Shown here one piece after another: positions 42,901 through 56,060 of a stretch of 64,000 nucleotides of DNA (its first letter is position 1; the number at the start of each line of letters is the position of its first letter). The DNA is taken from assembly GCF_963921235.1 (NCBI RefSeq), contig NC_086108.1:12834001-12898000 (forward strand), in the 5' to 3' direction. This DNA comes from Mobula hypostoma. Its lineage: Eukaryota. The notes under the pieces are model-generated. The model was not told where the DNA came from. It was given only the letters and a program-made list of their open reading frames with translations, and made no database searches. Position numbers and translations under genes: made by a program.

Positions 42901-45900
42901 CAACATGAACCCCCACTATCACCATTGGCTATAACAACATTAATCCCCACGATCACCCCTGGGTATGACATCATTAATCCCCACTATCACCACTGCTATG
43001 AAAACACTAATCCCTACTATCACCATTGGGTATGACAACATCAATACCCACTATCATCCCTGGCTATGACTACATGAATCCAGACTATCACCATTGGCCA
43101 TGAGAACATTAATCCCCACTAACACCATTGGCCATGACAACATTAATCCACAATATCCCCCCTGCTATGACAACATTAATCCCCACTTTGTCCATTGGCA
43201 ATGATAACATTAATTCCCACTATCACTATTGGCTATGACAAGATTAAACTCTGCTATCACCCCTGCCATGACGACATTAATCCCCACTATCACCACTGCT
43301 ATGACAACATTAATCCCCAATATCACCCCTACTATGACAACATTAATCCCCACTCTCACCCCTGGGTATGCAATCATTAATCCCCACTATCACCATTGGA
43401 TATGAGAAGATTAAACTCTACTATCACCCCTGCCATGACAACATTAATCCCCACTATCACCACTGCTATGACAACATCAATCCCCACTGTCACCCATGGC
43501 TATCACAACATTAATCCCCACTGTGACCAATGGCGATGATAACATTAATCCCCACTATCACACCTAGCTATGACAACATTAAACCGCTCTATCACCCCTG
43601 GCTATGACAACATTAATCCTAAATATCACAATTGACAATGACAACACTCGTCCCCACGATCACCCCTGGCTGTGACAACATTAATCCCCACTATCACCCC
43701 TGGGTATGAAAACATTAATCCCCACTATCACCATTGTTATGACAACATTAAACCCCACTATCACCACTGCTATGACAACATCAATCCCCACTATCACCCC
43801 TGGCTATGAGAACATTAATCCCCACTACGACCCCTGTTATGACAACATTAATCCCCACTCTCACGCCTGCTATGACAACTTTTATCCCTCTACCAGCATT
43901 GGCTATGACAACATCAATCCCCACTATCACCATTGGCTATAACAACATTAATCCCCATTATCACCCCTGGGTATGACATCATTAATCCCCACTATCACCA
44001 CTGCTATAGAAACACTAATCGCTACTATCACCATTGGCTATGACAACATCAATACCCACTATCATCCCTGGCCATGACTACATGAATCCAGACTATCACC
44101 ATTGGCCATGAGAACATTAATCCCCACTAACACCATTGGCCATGACAACATTAATCCCCAATATCACCCCTGCTATGACAACATTAATTCCCACTATCAC
44201 ACCTGGCTATGACGACATTAATACCCACGATCACCCCTGGTTATGACAACATTAATCCCTACTATCACCATTGGCCATGAGAACATTAATCCCCACTATC
44301 AACATTGGCTATGGCAACATTAATCCCCAATATCACCCCTGCTATGACAACATTAATCCCCACTATCACTATAGTTATGACAACATTAAACCCCACTATC
44401 ACCCCTGGTATAAAAACATTATCCCTACTATCACCATTGGCTATGACAACATCAATACCCACTATCATCCCTGGCTATGACTACATGAATCCAGACTATC
44501 ACCATTGGCCATGAGAACATTAATCCCCACTAACACCATTGGCCATGACAACATTAATCCCCAATATCACCCCTGCTATGACAACATTAATCCCCACTTT
44601 GACCATTGGCAATGATAACATTAATTCCCACTATCACACCTGGCTATGACGACATTAATCCCCACTATCACCCCTGGCTATGACAACATTAATACCCTCG
44701 ATCACCCCTGGTTATGACAACATTAATCCCTACTATCACCATTGGCCATGAGAACATTAATCCCCACTATCAACATTGGCTATGACAACATTAATCCCCA
44801 ATATCACCCCTGCTATGACAACATTAATCCCCACTATCACTATAGTTATGACAACATTAAACCCCATTATCACCCCTGGTATAAAAACATTATCCCTACT
44901 ATCACCATTGGCTATGACAACATCAATACCCACTATCATCCCTGGCTATGACTACATGAATCCAGACTATCACCATTGGCCATGAGAACATTAATCCCCA
45001 CTAACACCATTGGCCATGACAACATTAATCCCCAATATCACCCCTGCTAAAACAACATTAATCCCCACTTTGACCATTGGCAATGATAACATTAATTCCC
45101 ACTATCACACCTGGCTATGACGACATTAATCCCCGCTATCACCCCTGGCTATGACAACATTAATACCCACGATCACCCCTGGCTATGAGAACATTAATCC
45201 CCACTACGACCCCTGTTATGACAACATTAATCCCCACTCTCACGCCTGCTATGACAACTTTTATCCCTCTACCAGCACTGGCTATGACAACATCAATCCC
45301 CACTATCACCAATGGCTATAACAACATTAATCCCCACTATCACCACTCCTATGACAACATTAATCCCCACTATCACCCCTGGGTATAACATCATTAATCA
45401 CCACTATCACCATTGGCTATGACAACATTAAACTCTACTATCACCACTGCTATGACAACATCAACCCCCACTATCACCCCTGCTATGACAACATTTATCC
45501 CTTTATCACCATTGGCTATGACGACATTATACCCCACAATCACGTCTTGCTATGACAAAATTAAACAGGACTATCACCCCTGGATATGAAAACACTAATC
45601 CCCACTATCAACACTGCTATGGCAACATTAATCCCCTCTATCACCCATGCTATGACAAAATTAATCCCCATTAATACTCCTGCTATGACAACATTAATCC
45701 TAAGTATCACAATTGACAATGACAACATTCGACCCCACTATCATCCCTGCTATGACAACATTAATCCCCACTATCAGCATTGTTATGACAACATTAAACT
45801 CCACTATCCGCCCTGCTATAAAAACATTAATCCCTACTATCACCATTGGCTATGACAACATCAATACCTACTATCATCCCTGGCTATGACAACATGAATC

Positions 45901-48900
45901 TCAACTATCACCATTGGCCATGAGAACATTAATCTCCACTATCACCATTTGCCATGACAACATTAATCCCCAATATCACCCATACTATGACAACATTAAT
46001 CCCCACTGTGACCATTGGCGATGATAACATTAATCCCCACTATCACGCCGAGCTATGACGACATTTAACCCCTCTATCACCCCTGGCTATGACAACATTA
46101 ATCCCCACTCTCACCCCTGCTATGACAACATTTATCCCTCTACCACCATTGGCTATGACAACATCAATCCCCACTATCACCATTGGCTATAACAACATTA
46201 ATCCCCAATATCACCCCTCCTATGACAACATTAAACCCCACTATCACCCCTGGTTATGACATCATTAATCCCCACTATCACTATTGGCTATGACAAGATT
46301 AAACTCTACTATCACCCCTGCCATGACTACATTAATCCCCACTATCACCACTGCTATGACAACATTAATCCCCACTATCACGCCTGGGTATGACATCATT
46401 AATCCCCACTATCACTATTGGCTATGACAAGATTAAACTCTACTATCACCCCTGCCATGACTACATTAATCCCCACTATCACCACTGCTATGACAACATT
46501 AATCCCCACTATCACGCCTGGGTATGACATCATTAATCCCCACTATCACTATTGGCTATGACAAGATTAAACTCTACTATCACCCCTGCCATGACTACAT
46601 TAATCCCCACTATCACCACTGCTATGACAACATCAATCCCCACTATCACCCATGGCTATGACAACATTAATCCCACTGTGACCAATGGCGATGATAACAT
46701 TAATTCCCACTATCACGCCTAGCTATGACAACATTAAACCGCTCTATCACCCCTGGCTATGACAACATTAATCCCCACTATCACCCCTGGCTATGAAAAC
46801 ATTAATCCCCACTATCAACCCAGCCATGTCAACATTAATCCCCACTATCACCACTGCTATGACAACATCAATCCCCACTATCACCCATGGCTATGACAAC
46901 ATTAATCCCCACTACGACCCCTGTTATGACAACATTAATCCCCATTATCACCCCTGCTATGACAACATTTATCCCTCTATCACCATTGGCTATGACGACA
47001 TTAAACCCCACAATCACGTCCAGCTATGACAAAATTAAACGGGACTATCACCCCGGCTATGAAAACATTAATCCCCACTATCACCATTCGCTATGACAGC
47101 ATTAATCCAAGATATCACCCCTGCTGTGACAACATTAATCCCCACTATCACCACTGCTATGACAACATTAATCCCCTCTATCACCGATGCTATGACAAAA
47201 TTAATCCCCATTAATACCCCTGCTATGACAACATTAATCCTAAGTATCACAATTGACAAGGACAACACTCGTCCCTATGATCACCCCTGGCTGTGACAAC
47301 ATTAATCCCCACTATCACCCCTCCTATGACAACATTATCCCCACTATCACCCCTGGGTATGACAACATTAATCCCCACCATCACCCCTGGCTATGACAAC
47401 ATTAACCCCACTAACATCCCTGCTATAACAACATTAATCCCCACTATCAGCATTGTACTGACAACATTAAACCCCACTATCACCCCTGCTATGAAAACAC
47501 TAATCCCTACTATCACCATTGGCTATGACAACATCAATACCCACTATCATCCCTGGCTATGACTGCATGAATCCAGACTATCACCATTGGCCATGAGAAC
47601 AATAATCCCCACTAACACCATTGGCCATGACAACATTAATCCCCAATATCACCCCTGCTATGACAACATTAATCCCCACTTTGACCAGAGGCGATGATAA
47701 CATTAATCCCCACTATCACCACTGCTATGACAACATCAATCCCCACTATCACCCATGGCTATGACAACATTAATCCCCACTACGACCCCTGGTATGACAA
47801 CATTAATCCCCATTATCACCCCTGCTATGACAACATTTATCCCTCTATCGCCATTGGCTATGACGACATTAAACCCCACAATCACGTCCAGCTATGACAA
47901 AATTAAACGGGACTATCACCCCGGCTATGAAAACATTAATCCCCACTATCACCATTCGCTATGACAGCATTAATCCAAGCTATCACCCTTGCTGTGACAA
48001 CATTAATCCCCACTATCACCACTGCTATGACAACATTAATCCCCTCTATCACCGATGCTATGACAAAATTAATCCCCATTAATACCCCTGCTATGACAAC
48101 ATTAATCCTAAATATCACAATTGACAAGGACAACACTCGTCCCTACGATCACCCCTGGCTTTGACAACATTAATCCCCACTTTAACCATTGGCAATGATA
48201 ACATTAATCCCCACTATCACACTTGGCTATGACGACATTAATCCCCACTATCAACATTGGCTATGACAACATTAATCCCCAATATCACCCCTGCTATGAC
48301 AACATTAATCACCACTGTGACCATTGGCGATGATAACATCAATCCCCACTATCACCATTGGCTATAACAACATTAATCCCCACTATCACCCCTCCTATGA
48401 CAACATTAATCCCCACTATCACCCCTGGGTATGACAACATTAATCCCCACCATCACCCCTGGCTATGACAACATTAATACCCACTAACATCCCTGCTATA
48501 ACAACATTAATCCCCACTATCAGCATTGTTATGACAACATTAAACCCCACTATCACCCCTGCTATGAAAACACTAATCCCTACTATCACCATTGGCTATG
48601 ACAACATCAATACCCACTATCATCCCTGGCTATGACTACATGAATCCAGACTATCACCATTGGCCATGAGAACATTAATCCCCACTAACACCATTGGCCA
48701 TGACAACATTAATCCCCAATATCACCCCTGCTATGACAACATTAATCCCCACTTTGACGAGAGGCGATGATAACATTAATCCCCACTATCACTACTGCTA
48801 TGACAACATCAATCCCCACTATCACCCATGGCTATGACAACATTAATCCCCACTACGACCCCTGTTACGACAACATTAATCCCCATTATCACCCCTGGGT

Positions 48901-51900
48901 ATGACATCATTAATCCCCACCATCACTGTTGGCTATGACAAGATTAAACTCTACTATCACCCCTGCCATGACAACATTGATCCCCACTATCACCACTGCT
49001 ATGACAACATCAATCCCCACTATCACCCATGGCTCTGACAACATTAATCCCACTGTGACCAATGGTGATGATAACATTAATCCCCATTATCACCCCTGCT
49101 ATGACAACATTAAACCGCTCTATCACCCCTGGCTATGACAACATTCATCCCCACTATCACCCATACTATGACAAAATTAATCCCCATTAATAGCCCTGCT
49201 ATGACAACATTAATCCTAAGTATCACAATTGACAATAACAACACTCATCCCCACGATCACCCCTGGCTGTGACAACATTAATCCCCACCATCACCCCTCC
49301 TATGACAACATTAATCCCCACTATCACCCCTGGGTATGACAACATTAATCCCCACCATCACCCCTGGCTATGACAACATTAATACCCACTAACATCCCTG
49401 CTATAACAACATTAATCCCCACTATCAGCATTGTTATGACAACATTAAACCCCACTATCACCCCTGCTATGAAAACACTAATCCCTACTATCACCATTGG
49501 CTATGACAACATCAATACCCACTATCATCCCTGGCTATGACTACATGAATCCAGACTATCACCATTGGCCATGAGAACAATAATCCCCACTAACACCATT
49601 GGCCATGACAACATTAATCCCCAATATCACCCCTGCTATGACAACATTAATCCCCACTTTGACCAGAGGCGATGATAACATTAATCCCCACTATCACCAC
49701 TGCTATGACAACATCAATCCCCACTATCACCCATGGCTATGACAACATTAATCCCCACTACGACCCCTGTTATGACAACATTAATCCCCATTATCACCCC
49801 TGCTATGACAACATTTATCCCTCTATCACCATTGGCTATGACGACATTAAACCCCACAATCACGTCCAGCTATGACAAAATTAAACGGGACTATCACCCC
49901 GGCTATGAAAACATTAATCCCCACTATCACCATTCGCTATGACAGCATTAATCCAAGCTATCACCCCTGCTGTGACAACATTAATCCCCACTATCACCAC
50001 TGCTATGACAACATTAATCCCCTCTATCACCGATGCTATGACAAAATTAATCCCCATTAATACCCCTGCTATGACAACATTAATCCTAAATATCACAATT
50101 GACAAGGACAACACTCGTCCCTACGATCACCCCTGGCTTTGACAACATTAATCCCCACTTTAACCATTGGCAATGATAACATTAATCCCCATTATCACCC
50201 CTGCTATGACAACATTAAACCGCTCTATCACCCCTGGCTATGACAACATTCATCCCCACTATCACCCATACTATGACAAAATTAATCCCCATTAATAGCC
50301 CTGCTATGACAACATTAATCCTAAGTATCACAATTGACAATAACAACACTCATCCCCACGATCACCCCTGGCTGTGACAACATTAATCCCCACCATCACC
50401 CCTCCTATGACAACATTAATCCCCACTATCACCCCTGGGTATGACAACATTAATCCCCACCATCACCCCTGGCTATGACAACATTAATACCCACTAACAT
50501 CCCTGCTATAACAACATTAATCCCCACTATCAGCATTGTTATGACAACATTAAACCCCACTATCACCCCTGCTATGAAAACACTAATCCCTACTATCACC
50601 ATTGGCTATGACAACATCAATACCCACTATCATCCCTGGCTATGACTACATGAATCCAGACTATCACCATTGGCCATGAGAACAATAATCCCCACTAACA
50701 CCATTGGCCATGACAACATTAATCCCCAATATCACCCCTGCTATGACAACATTAATCCCCACTTTGACCAGAGGCGATGATAACATTAATCCCCACTATC
50801 ACCACTGCTATGACAACATCAATCCCCACTATCACCCATGGCTATGACAACATTAATCCCCACTACGACCCCTGTTATGACAACATTAATCCCCATTATC
50901 ACCCCTGCTATGACAACATTTATCCCTCTATCACCATTGGCTATGACGACATTAAACCCCACAATCACGTCCAGCTATGACAAAATTAAACGGGACTATC
51001 ACCCCGGCTATGAAAACATTAATCCCCACTATCACCATTCGCTATGACAGCATTAATCCAAGCTATCACCCCTGCTGTGACAACATTAATCCCCACTATC
51101 ACCACTGCTATGACAACATTAATCCCCTCTATCACCGATGCTATGACAAAATTAATCCCCATTAATACCCCTGCTATGACAACATTAATCCTAAATATCA
51201 CAATTGACAAGGACAACACTCGTCCCTACGATCACCCCTGGCTTTGACAACATTAATCCCCACTTTAACCATTGGCAATGATAACATTAATCCCCACTAT
51301 CACACTTGGCTATGACGACATTAATCCCCACTATCACCCCTGCTATGACAACATTAATCACCACTGTGACCATTGGCGATGATAACATTAATCCCCAATA
51401 TCACCCATGGCTCTGACAACATTAATCCCACTGTGACCAATGGTGATGACAACATCAATCCCCACTATCACCCCTGCTATGACAACATTCATCCCTCTAC
51501 CACCATTGGCTATGACAACATTAATCCCCACTATCACCCCTGGCTATGACAACATTCATCCCCTCTATCACCCATGCTATGACAAAATTAATCCCCATTA
51601 ATACCCCTGCTATGACAACATTAATCCTAAGTATCACAATTGACAATGACAACACTCGTCCCCACGATCACCCATGGCTGTGACAACATTAATCCCCACT
51701 ATCACCCCTCCTATGACAACATTAATTCCCACCATCACCCCTGGCTATGACAACATTACTACCCACTAACATCCCTGCTATAACAACAGTAATCCCCACT
51801 ATCAGCATTGTTATGACAACATTAAACCCCACTATCACCCCTGCTATGAAAACACTAATCCCTACTATCACCATTGGCTATGACAACATCAATACCCACC

Positions 51901-53892
51901 ATCATCCCTGGCTATGACTACATGAATCCCCACTATCACCATTGGCCATGACAACATTAATCCCCAATATCACCCCTGCTATGACAACATTAATCACCAC
52001 TGTGACCAGAGGCGATGATAACATTAATCCCCAATATCACCACTGTTATGACAACATCAATCCCCACTATCACCCCTGGCTATGACAACATCAATCCCCA
52101 CTATCACCCCTGGCTATGAGAACATTAATCCCCACTACGACCCCTGTTTTGAAAACATTAATCCCCACTATCTCCCCTGGCTATGAGAACATTAATCCCC
52201 ACTACGACCCCTGTTATGACAACATTAATCCCCACTATCACCATTGGCTATAACAACATTAATCCCCACTATCACCCCTCCTATTACAACATTAATCCCC
52301 ACTATCACCCCTGGGTATGACATCATTAATCCCCACTATCATCCCTGGCTATGACAACATTAATGACCAATATCAACCCTCGCTATGACAACATTAATCC
52401 CCACTATCAGCATTGTTATGACAACATTAAACCCCACTATCAGCCCTGCTATAAAAACATTAATCCCTACTATCACCATTGGCTATAACAACATTAATCC
52501 CCACTATCACCCATGGCTATGACAACATTAATCGCCACTACGACCCCTGTTATGACAACATTAATCCCCGTTATCACCCCTCCTATGACAACGTTTATCT
52601 CTCTACCACCATTTGCTATGACAACATTAAACCCCACAATCACGACTAGCTATGACAAAATTAAACGGGACTATCACCCCGGGCTATGAAAACATTAATC
52701 CCCGATATCACCCCTGCTGTGACAACATTAATCTCCACTATCACCACTGCTATGACAACATTAATCCCCTCTATCACCCATGCTGTGACAAAATTAATCC
52801 CCATTAATACCCCTGCTATGACAACATTAATTCTAAGTATCACAATTGACAAGGACAACACTCGTCCCTACGATCACCCCTGGCTGTGACAACATTAATC
52901 ACCACTATAACCCCTGGGTATGACAACATTAATCCCCACCATCACCCTGGCTATGACAACATTAATCCCCACTATCATCCCTACTATGACAACATTAAAC
53001 CCCACTATCACCCCTGCTATGAAAACATTAATCCCTACTATCACCATTGGCTATGACAATATCAATACCCACTATCATCCCTGGCAATGACAACATGAAT
53101 CCCGACTATCACCATTGGCTATAACAACATAAATCCCCACTATCACACCTGGCTATGACGACATTAATCCCCACTGTCACAATTGGCAATGACAACATTA
53201 ATCCCCACTATCACCCCTGCTATGACAACATTTATCCCTCTAGCACCATTGGCTATGACAACATCAATCCCCACTATCACCATTGGCTATAACAACATTA
53301 ATCCCCACTATCACCCCTGCTATGACAACATTCATCCCCACTATCACCATTGGCTATGACAAGATTAAACTCTACTATCACCCCGGCTATGACAACATTA
53401 ATCCCCATTAATACCCCTGCTATGACAACATTAATCCCCACTATCACCCCTCCTGTGACAACATTAATCCCCACGATCACCGTTGGTGATGACAACATTA
53501 AACCCCACAATCACGTCTAGCTATGACAACATTAAACCGCTCTATCACCCCTGGCTATGTCAACATTAGTCCCCACTATCACCCCTGGCTATGAAAACAT
53601 TAATCCCCACTATCACCACTGCTATGACAACATCAATCCCCAGTATCACCCCTGCCATGACAACATTAATCCCCACTATCACCTTTGTTATGACAACATC
53701 AATCCCCACTATCACCCATGGCTATGACAACATTAATCACCACTACGACCCCTGTTATGACAACATTAATCCCCACTATCACCCCTGCTATGACAACATT
53801 AATCACCACTATAACCCCTGGGTATGACAACATTAATCCCCACCATCACCCCTGGCTATGACAACATTAATCCCCACTATCACCATTGTTAT

Positions 53893-56060
53893 AGAAACAT
53901 AGAAACATAGAAAATAGGTGCAGGAGTAGGCCATTCGGCCCTTCGAGTTGTACCGCAATTTATTATGATCATGACTGATCATCCAACTCAGAACCCCGCC
54001 CCAGCCTTCCTTCCATACCCCCTGACCCCTGTAACCACAAGGGCCATATCTAACTCCCTCTTAAACATAGCCAAAGAACTGGCCTCAACAGTTTCCTGTG
54101 GCAGAGAATTCCACAGATTCACCACTCTCTGTGTGAAGAAGTTTTTCCTAATCTCGGTCCTAAAAGGCTTCCCCTCTATCCTCAAACTGTGACCCCTCGT
54201 TCTGGACTTCCCCAACATCGGGAACAATCTTCCTGCATCTAGCCTGTCCAATCCCTTTAGGATCTTATACGTTTCAATCAGATCCCCCCTCAATCTTCTA
54301 AATTCCAACGAGTACAAGCACAGTTCATCCAGTCTTTCTTCATATGAAAGTCCTGCCATCCCAGGAATCAATCTGGTGAACCTTCTTTGTACTCCCTCTA
54401 TGGCAAAGATGTCTTTCCTCAGATTAGGGGACCAAAACTGCACACAATACTCCAGGTGTGGTCTCACCAAGGCCTTGTACAACTGCAGTAGTACCTCCCT
54501 GCTCCTGTACTCGAATCCTCTCGCTATAAATGCCAGCATACCATTTGCCTTTTTCACCGCCTGCTGTACCTGCATGCCCACTTTCAATGACTGGTGTATA
54601 ATGACACCCAGGTCTCGTTGCACCTCCCCTTTTCCTAATCGGCCACCATTCAGATAATAATCTGTTTTCCTGTTTTTGCCACCAAAGTGGATAACTTCAC
54701 ATTTATCCACATTAAATTGCATCTGCCATGAGTTTGCCCACTCACCCAACCTATCCAAGTCACCCTGCATCCTCTTCGCATCCTCCTCACTGCTAGCACT
54801 GCCACCCAGCTTCGTGTCATCCGCAAACTTGGAGATGCTGCATTTAATTCCCTCATCCAAGTCATTAATATATATTGTAAACAACTGGGGTCCCAGCACT
54901 GAGCCTTGCGGTACCCCACTAGTCACCGCCTGCCATTCTGAAAAGGTCCCGTTAATTCCCACTCTTTGCTTCCTGTCTGCTAACCAATTCTCCACCCACA
55001 CCAATGCCTTACCCCCAATACCGTGTGCTTTAAGTTTGCACACTAATCTCCTGTGTGGGAGCTTGTCAAAAGCCTTTTGAAAATCCAAATATACCACATC
55101 CACTGGTTCTCCCCTATCCACTCTACTAGTTACATCCTCAAAAAATTCTATGAGATTCGTCAGACATGATTTTCCTTTCACAAATCCATGCTGACTTTGT
55201 CCGATCATTTTACCGCTTTCCAAATGTGCTGTTATCACATCCTTGATAACTGACTCCAGCAGTTTCCCCACCACCGACGTTAGGCTAACCGGTCTATAAT
55301 TCTCCGGTTTCTCTCTCCCTCCTTTTTTAAAAAGTGGGGTTACAACAGCCACCCTCCAATCCTCAGGAACTAGTCCAGAATCTAACGAGTTTTGAAAAAT
55401 TATCACTAATGCATCCACTATTTCTTGGGCTACTTCCTTAAGCACTCTAGGATGCAGACCATCTGGCCCTGGGGATTTATCTGCCTTCAATCCCTTCAAT
55501 TTACCTAACACCACTTCCCTACTAACATGTATTTCACTCAGTTCCTCCATCTCACTGGACCCTCTGTCCCTTACTATTTCTGGAAGATTATTTATGTCCT
55601 CCTTAGTGAAGACAGAACCAAAGTAATTATTCAATTGGTCTGCCATGTCCTTGCTCCCCATAATCAATTCACCTGTTTCTGTCTGCAGGGGACCTACATT
55701 TGTCTTTACCAGTCTTTTCCTTTTTACATATCTATAAAAGCTTTTGCAGTCCGTTTTTATGTTCCCCGCCAGTTTTCTCTCATAATCTTTTTTCCCCTTC
55801 CTAATTAAGCCCTTTGTCCTCCTCTGCTGAACTCTGAATTTCTCCCAGTCCTCAGGTGAGCCACTTTCTCTGGCTAATTTGTGTGCTATTTCTTTGGAAT
55901 TGATACTATCCCTAATTTCTCTTGTCAGCCACGGGTGCACTACCTTCCTTGATTTATTCTTTTGCCAAACTGGGATGAACAATTGTTGTAGTTCATCCAT
56001 GCAACCTTTAAATGCTTGCCATTGCATATCCACCGTCAATCCTTTAAGTGTCATTTGCCA
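53893..56060 (-). mobile_element. Young 5'-truncated CR1 LINE (2168 bp) inserted in satellite B
   Basis: (TTTCTATG)n tail (AGAAACATAGAAACATAGAAA on +), CR1 3' UTR and an uninterrupted ORF2 segment. Flanked by direct repeat GTTAT (53888-53892 and 56061-56065). Excising it restores the monomer junction CACCATTGTTATGACAACATTAAACCCC seen elsewhere in the array. Confidence 0.97.
53988..56054 (-). CDS. CR1 ORF2 C-terminal 688 aa: complete RT domain, endonuclease domain lost by 5' truncation
   Basis: Motifs [67 protein letters not shown]; no stop or frameshift. The Met at 56054 is an internal ORF2 codon (frame open to the truncation point), so expression is not implied. Confidence 0.9.
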   Translation of the reverse strand: MTLKGLTVDMQWQAFKGCMDELQQLFIPVWQKNKSRKVVHPWLTREIRDSINSKEIAHKLARESGSPEDWEKFRVQQRRTKGLIRKGKKDYERKLAGNIKTDCKSFYRYVKRKRLVKTNVGPLQTETGELIMGSKDMADQLNNYFGSVFTKEDINNLPEIVRDRGSSEMEELSEIHVSREVVLGKLKGLKADKSPGPDGLHPRVLKEVAQEIVDALVIIFQNSLDSGLVPEDWRVAVVTPLFKKGGREKPENYRPVSLTSVVGKLLESVIKDVITAHLESGKMIGQSQHGFVKGKSCLTNLIEFFEDVTSRVDRGEPVDVVYLDFQKAFDKLPHRRLVCKLKAHGIGGKALVWVENWLADRKQRVGINGTFSEWQAVTSGVPQGSVLGPQLFTIYINDLDEGIKCSISKFADDTKLGGSASSEEDAKRMQGDLDRLGEWANSWQMQFNVDKCEVIHFGGKNRKTDYYLNGGRLGKGEVQRDLGVIIHQSLKVGMQVQQAVKKANGMLAFIARGFEYRSREVLLQLYKALVRPHLEYCVQFWSPNLRKDIFAIEGVQRRFTRLIPGMAGLSYEERLDELCLYSLEFRRLRGDLIETYKILKGLDRLDAGRLFPMLGKSRTRGHSLRIEGKPFRTEIRKNFFTQRVVNLWNSLPQETVEASSLAMFKRELDMALVVTGVRGYGRKAGAGF

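Noticed and set aside
53988..56054. 688-aa RT as a domesticated gene or a novel retron/DGR-like system paired with the repeat array
   Set aside because: It has ordinary CR1 motifs, 3' UTR, tail and TSD, and is 5'-truncated with no promoter or endonuclease. Recent insertion explains the intact frame.
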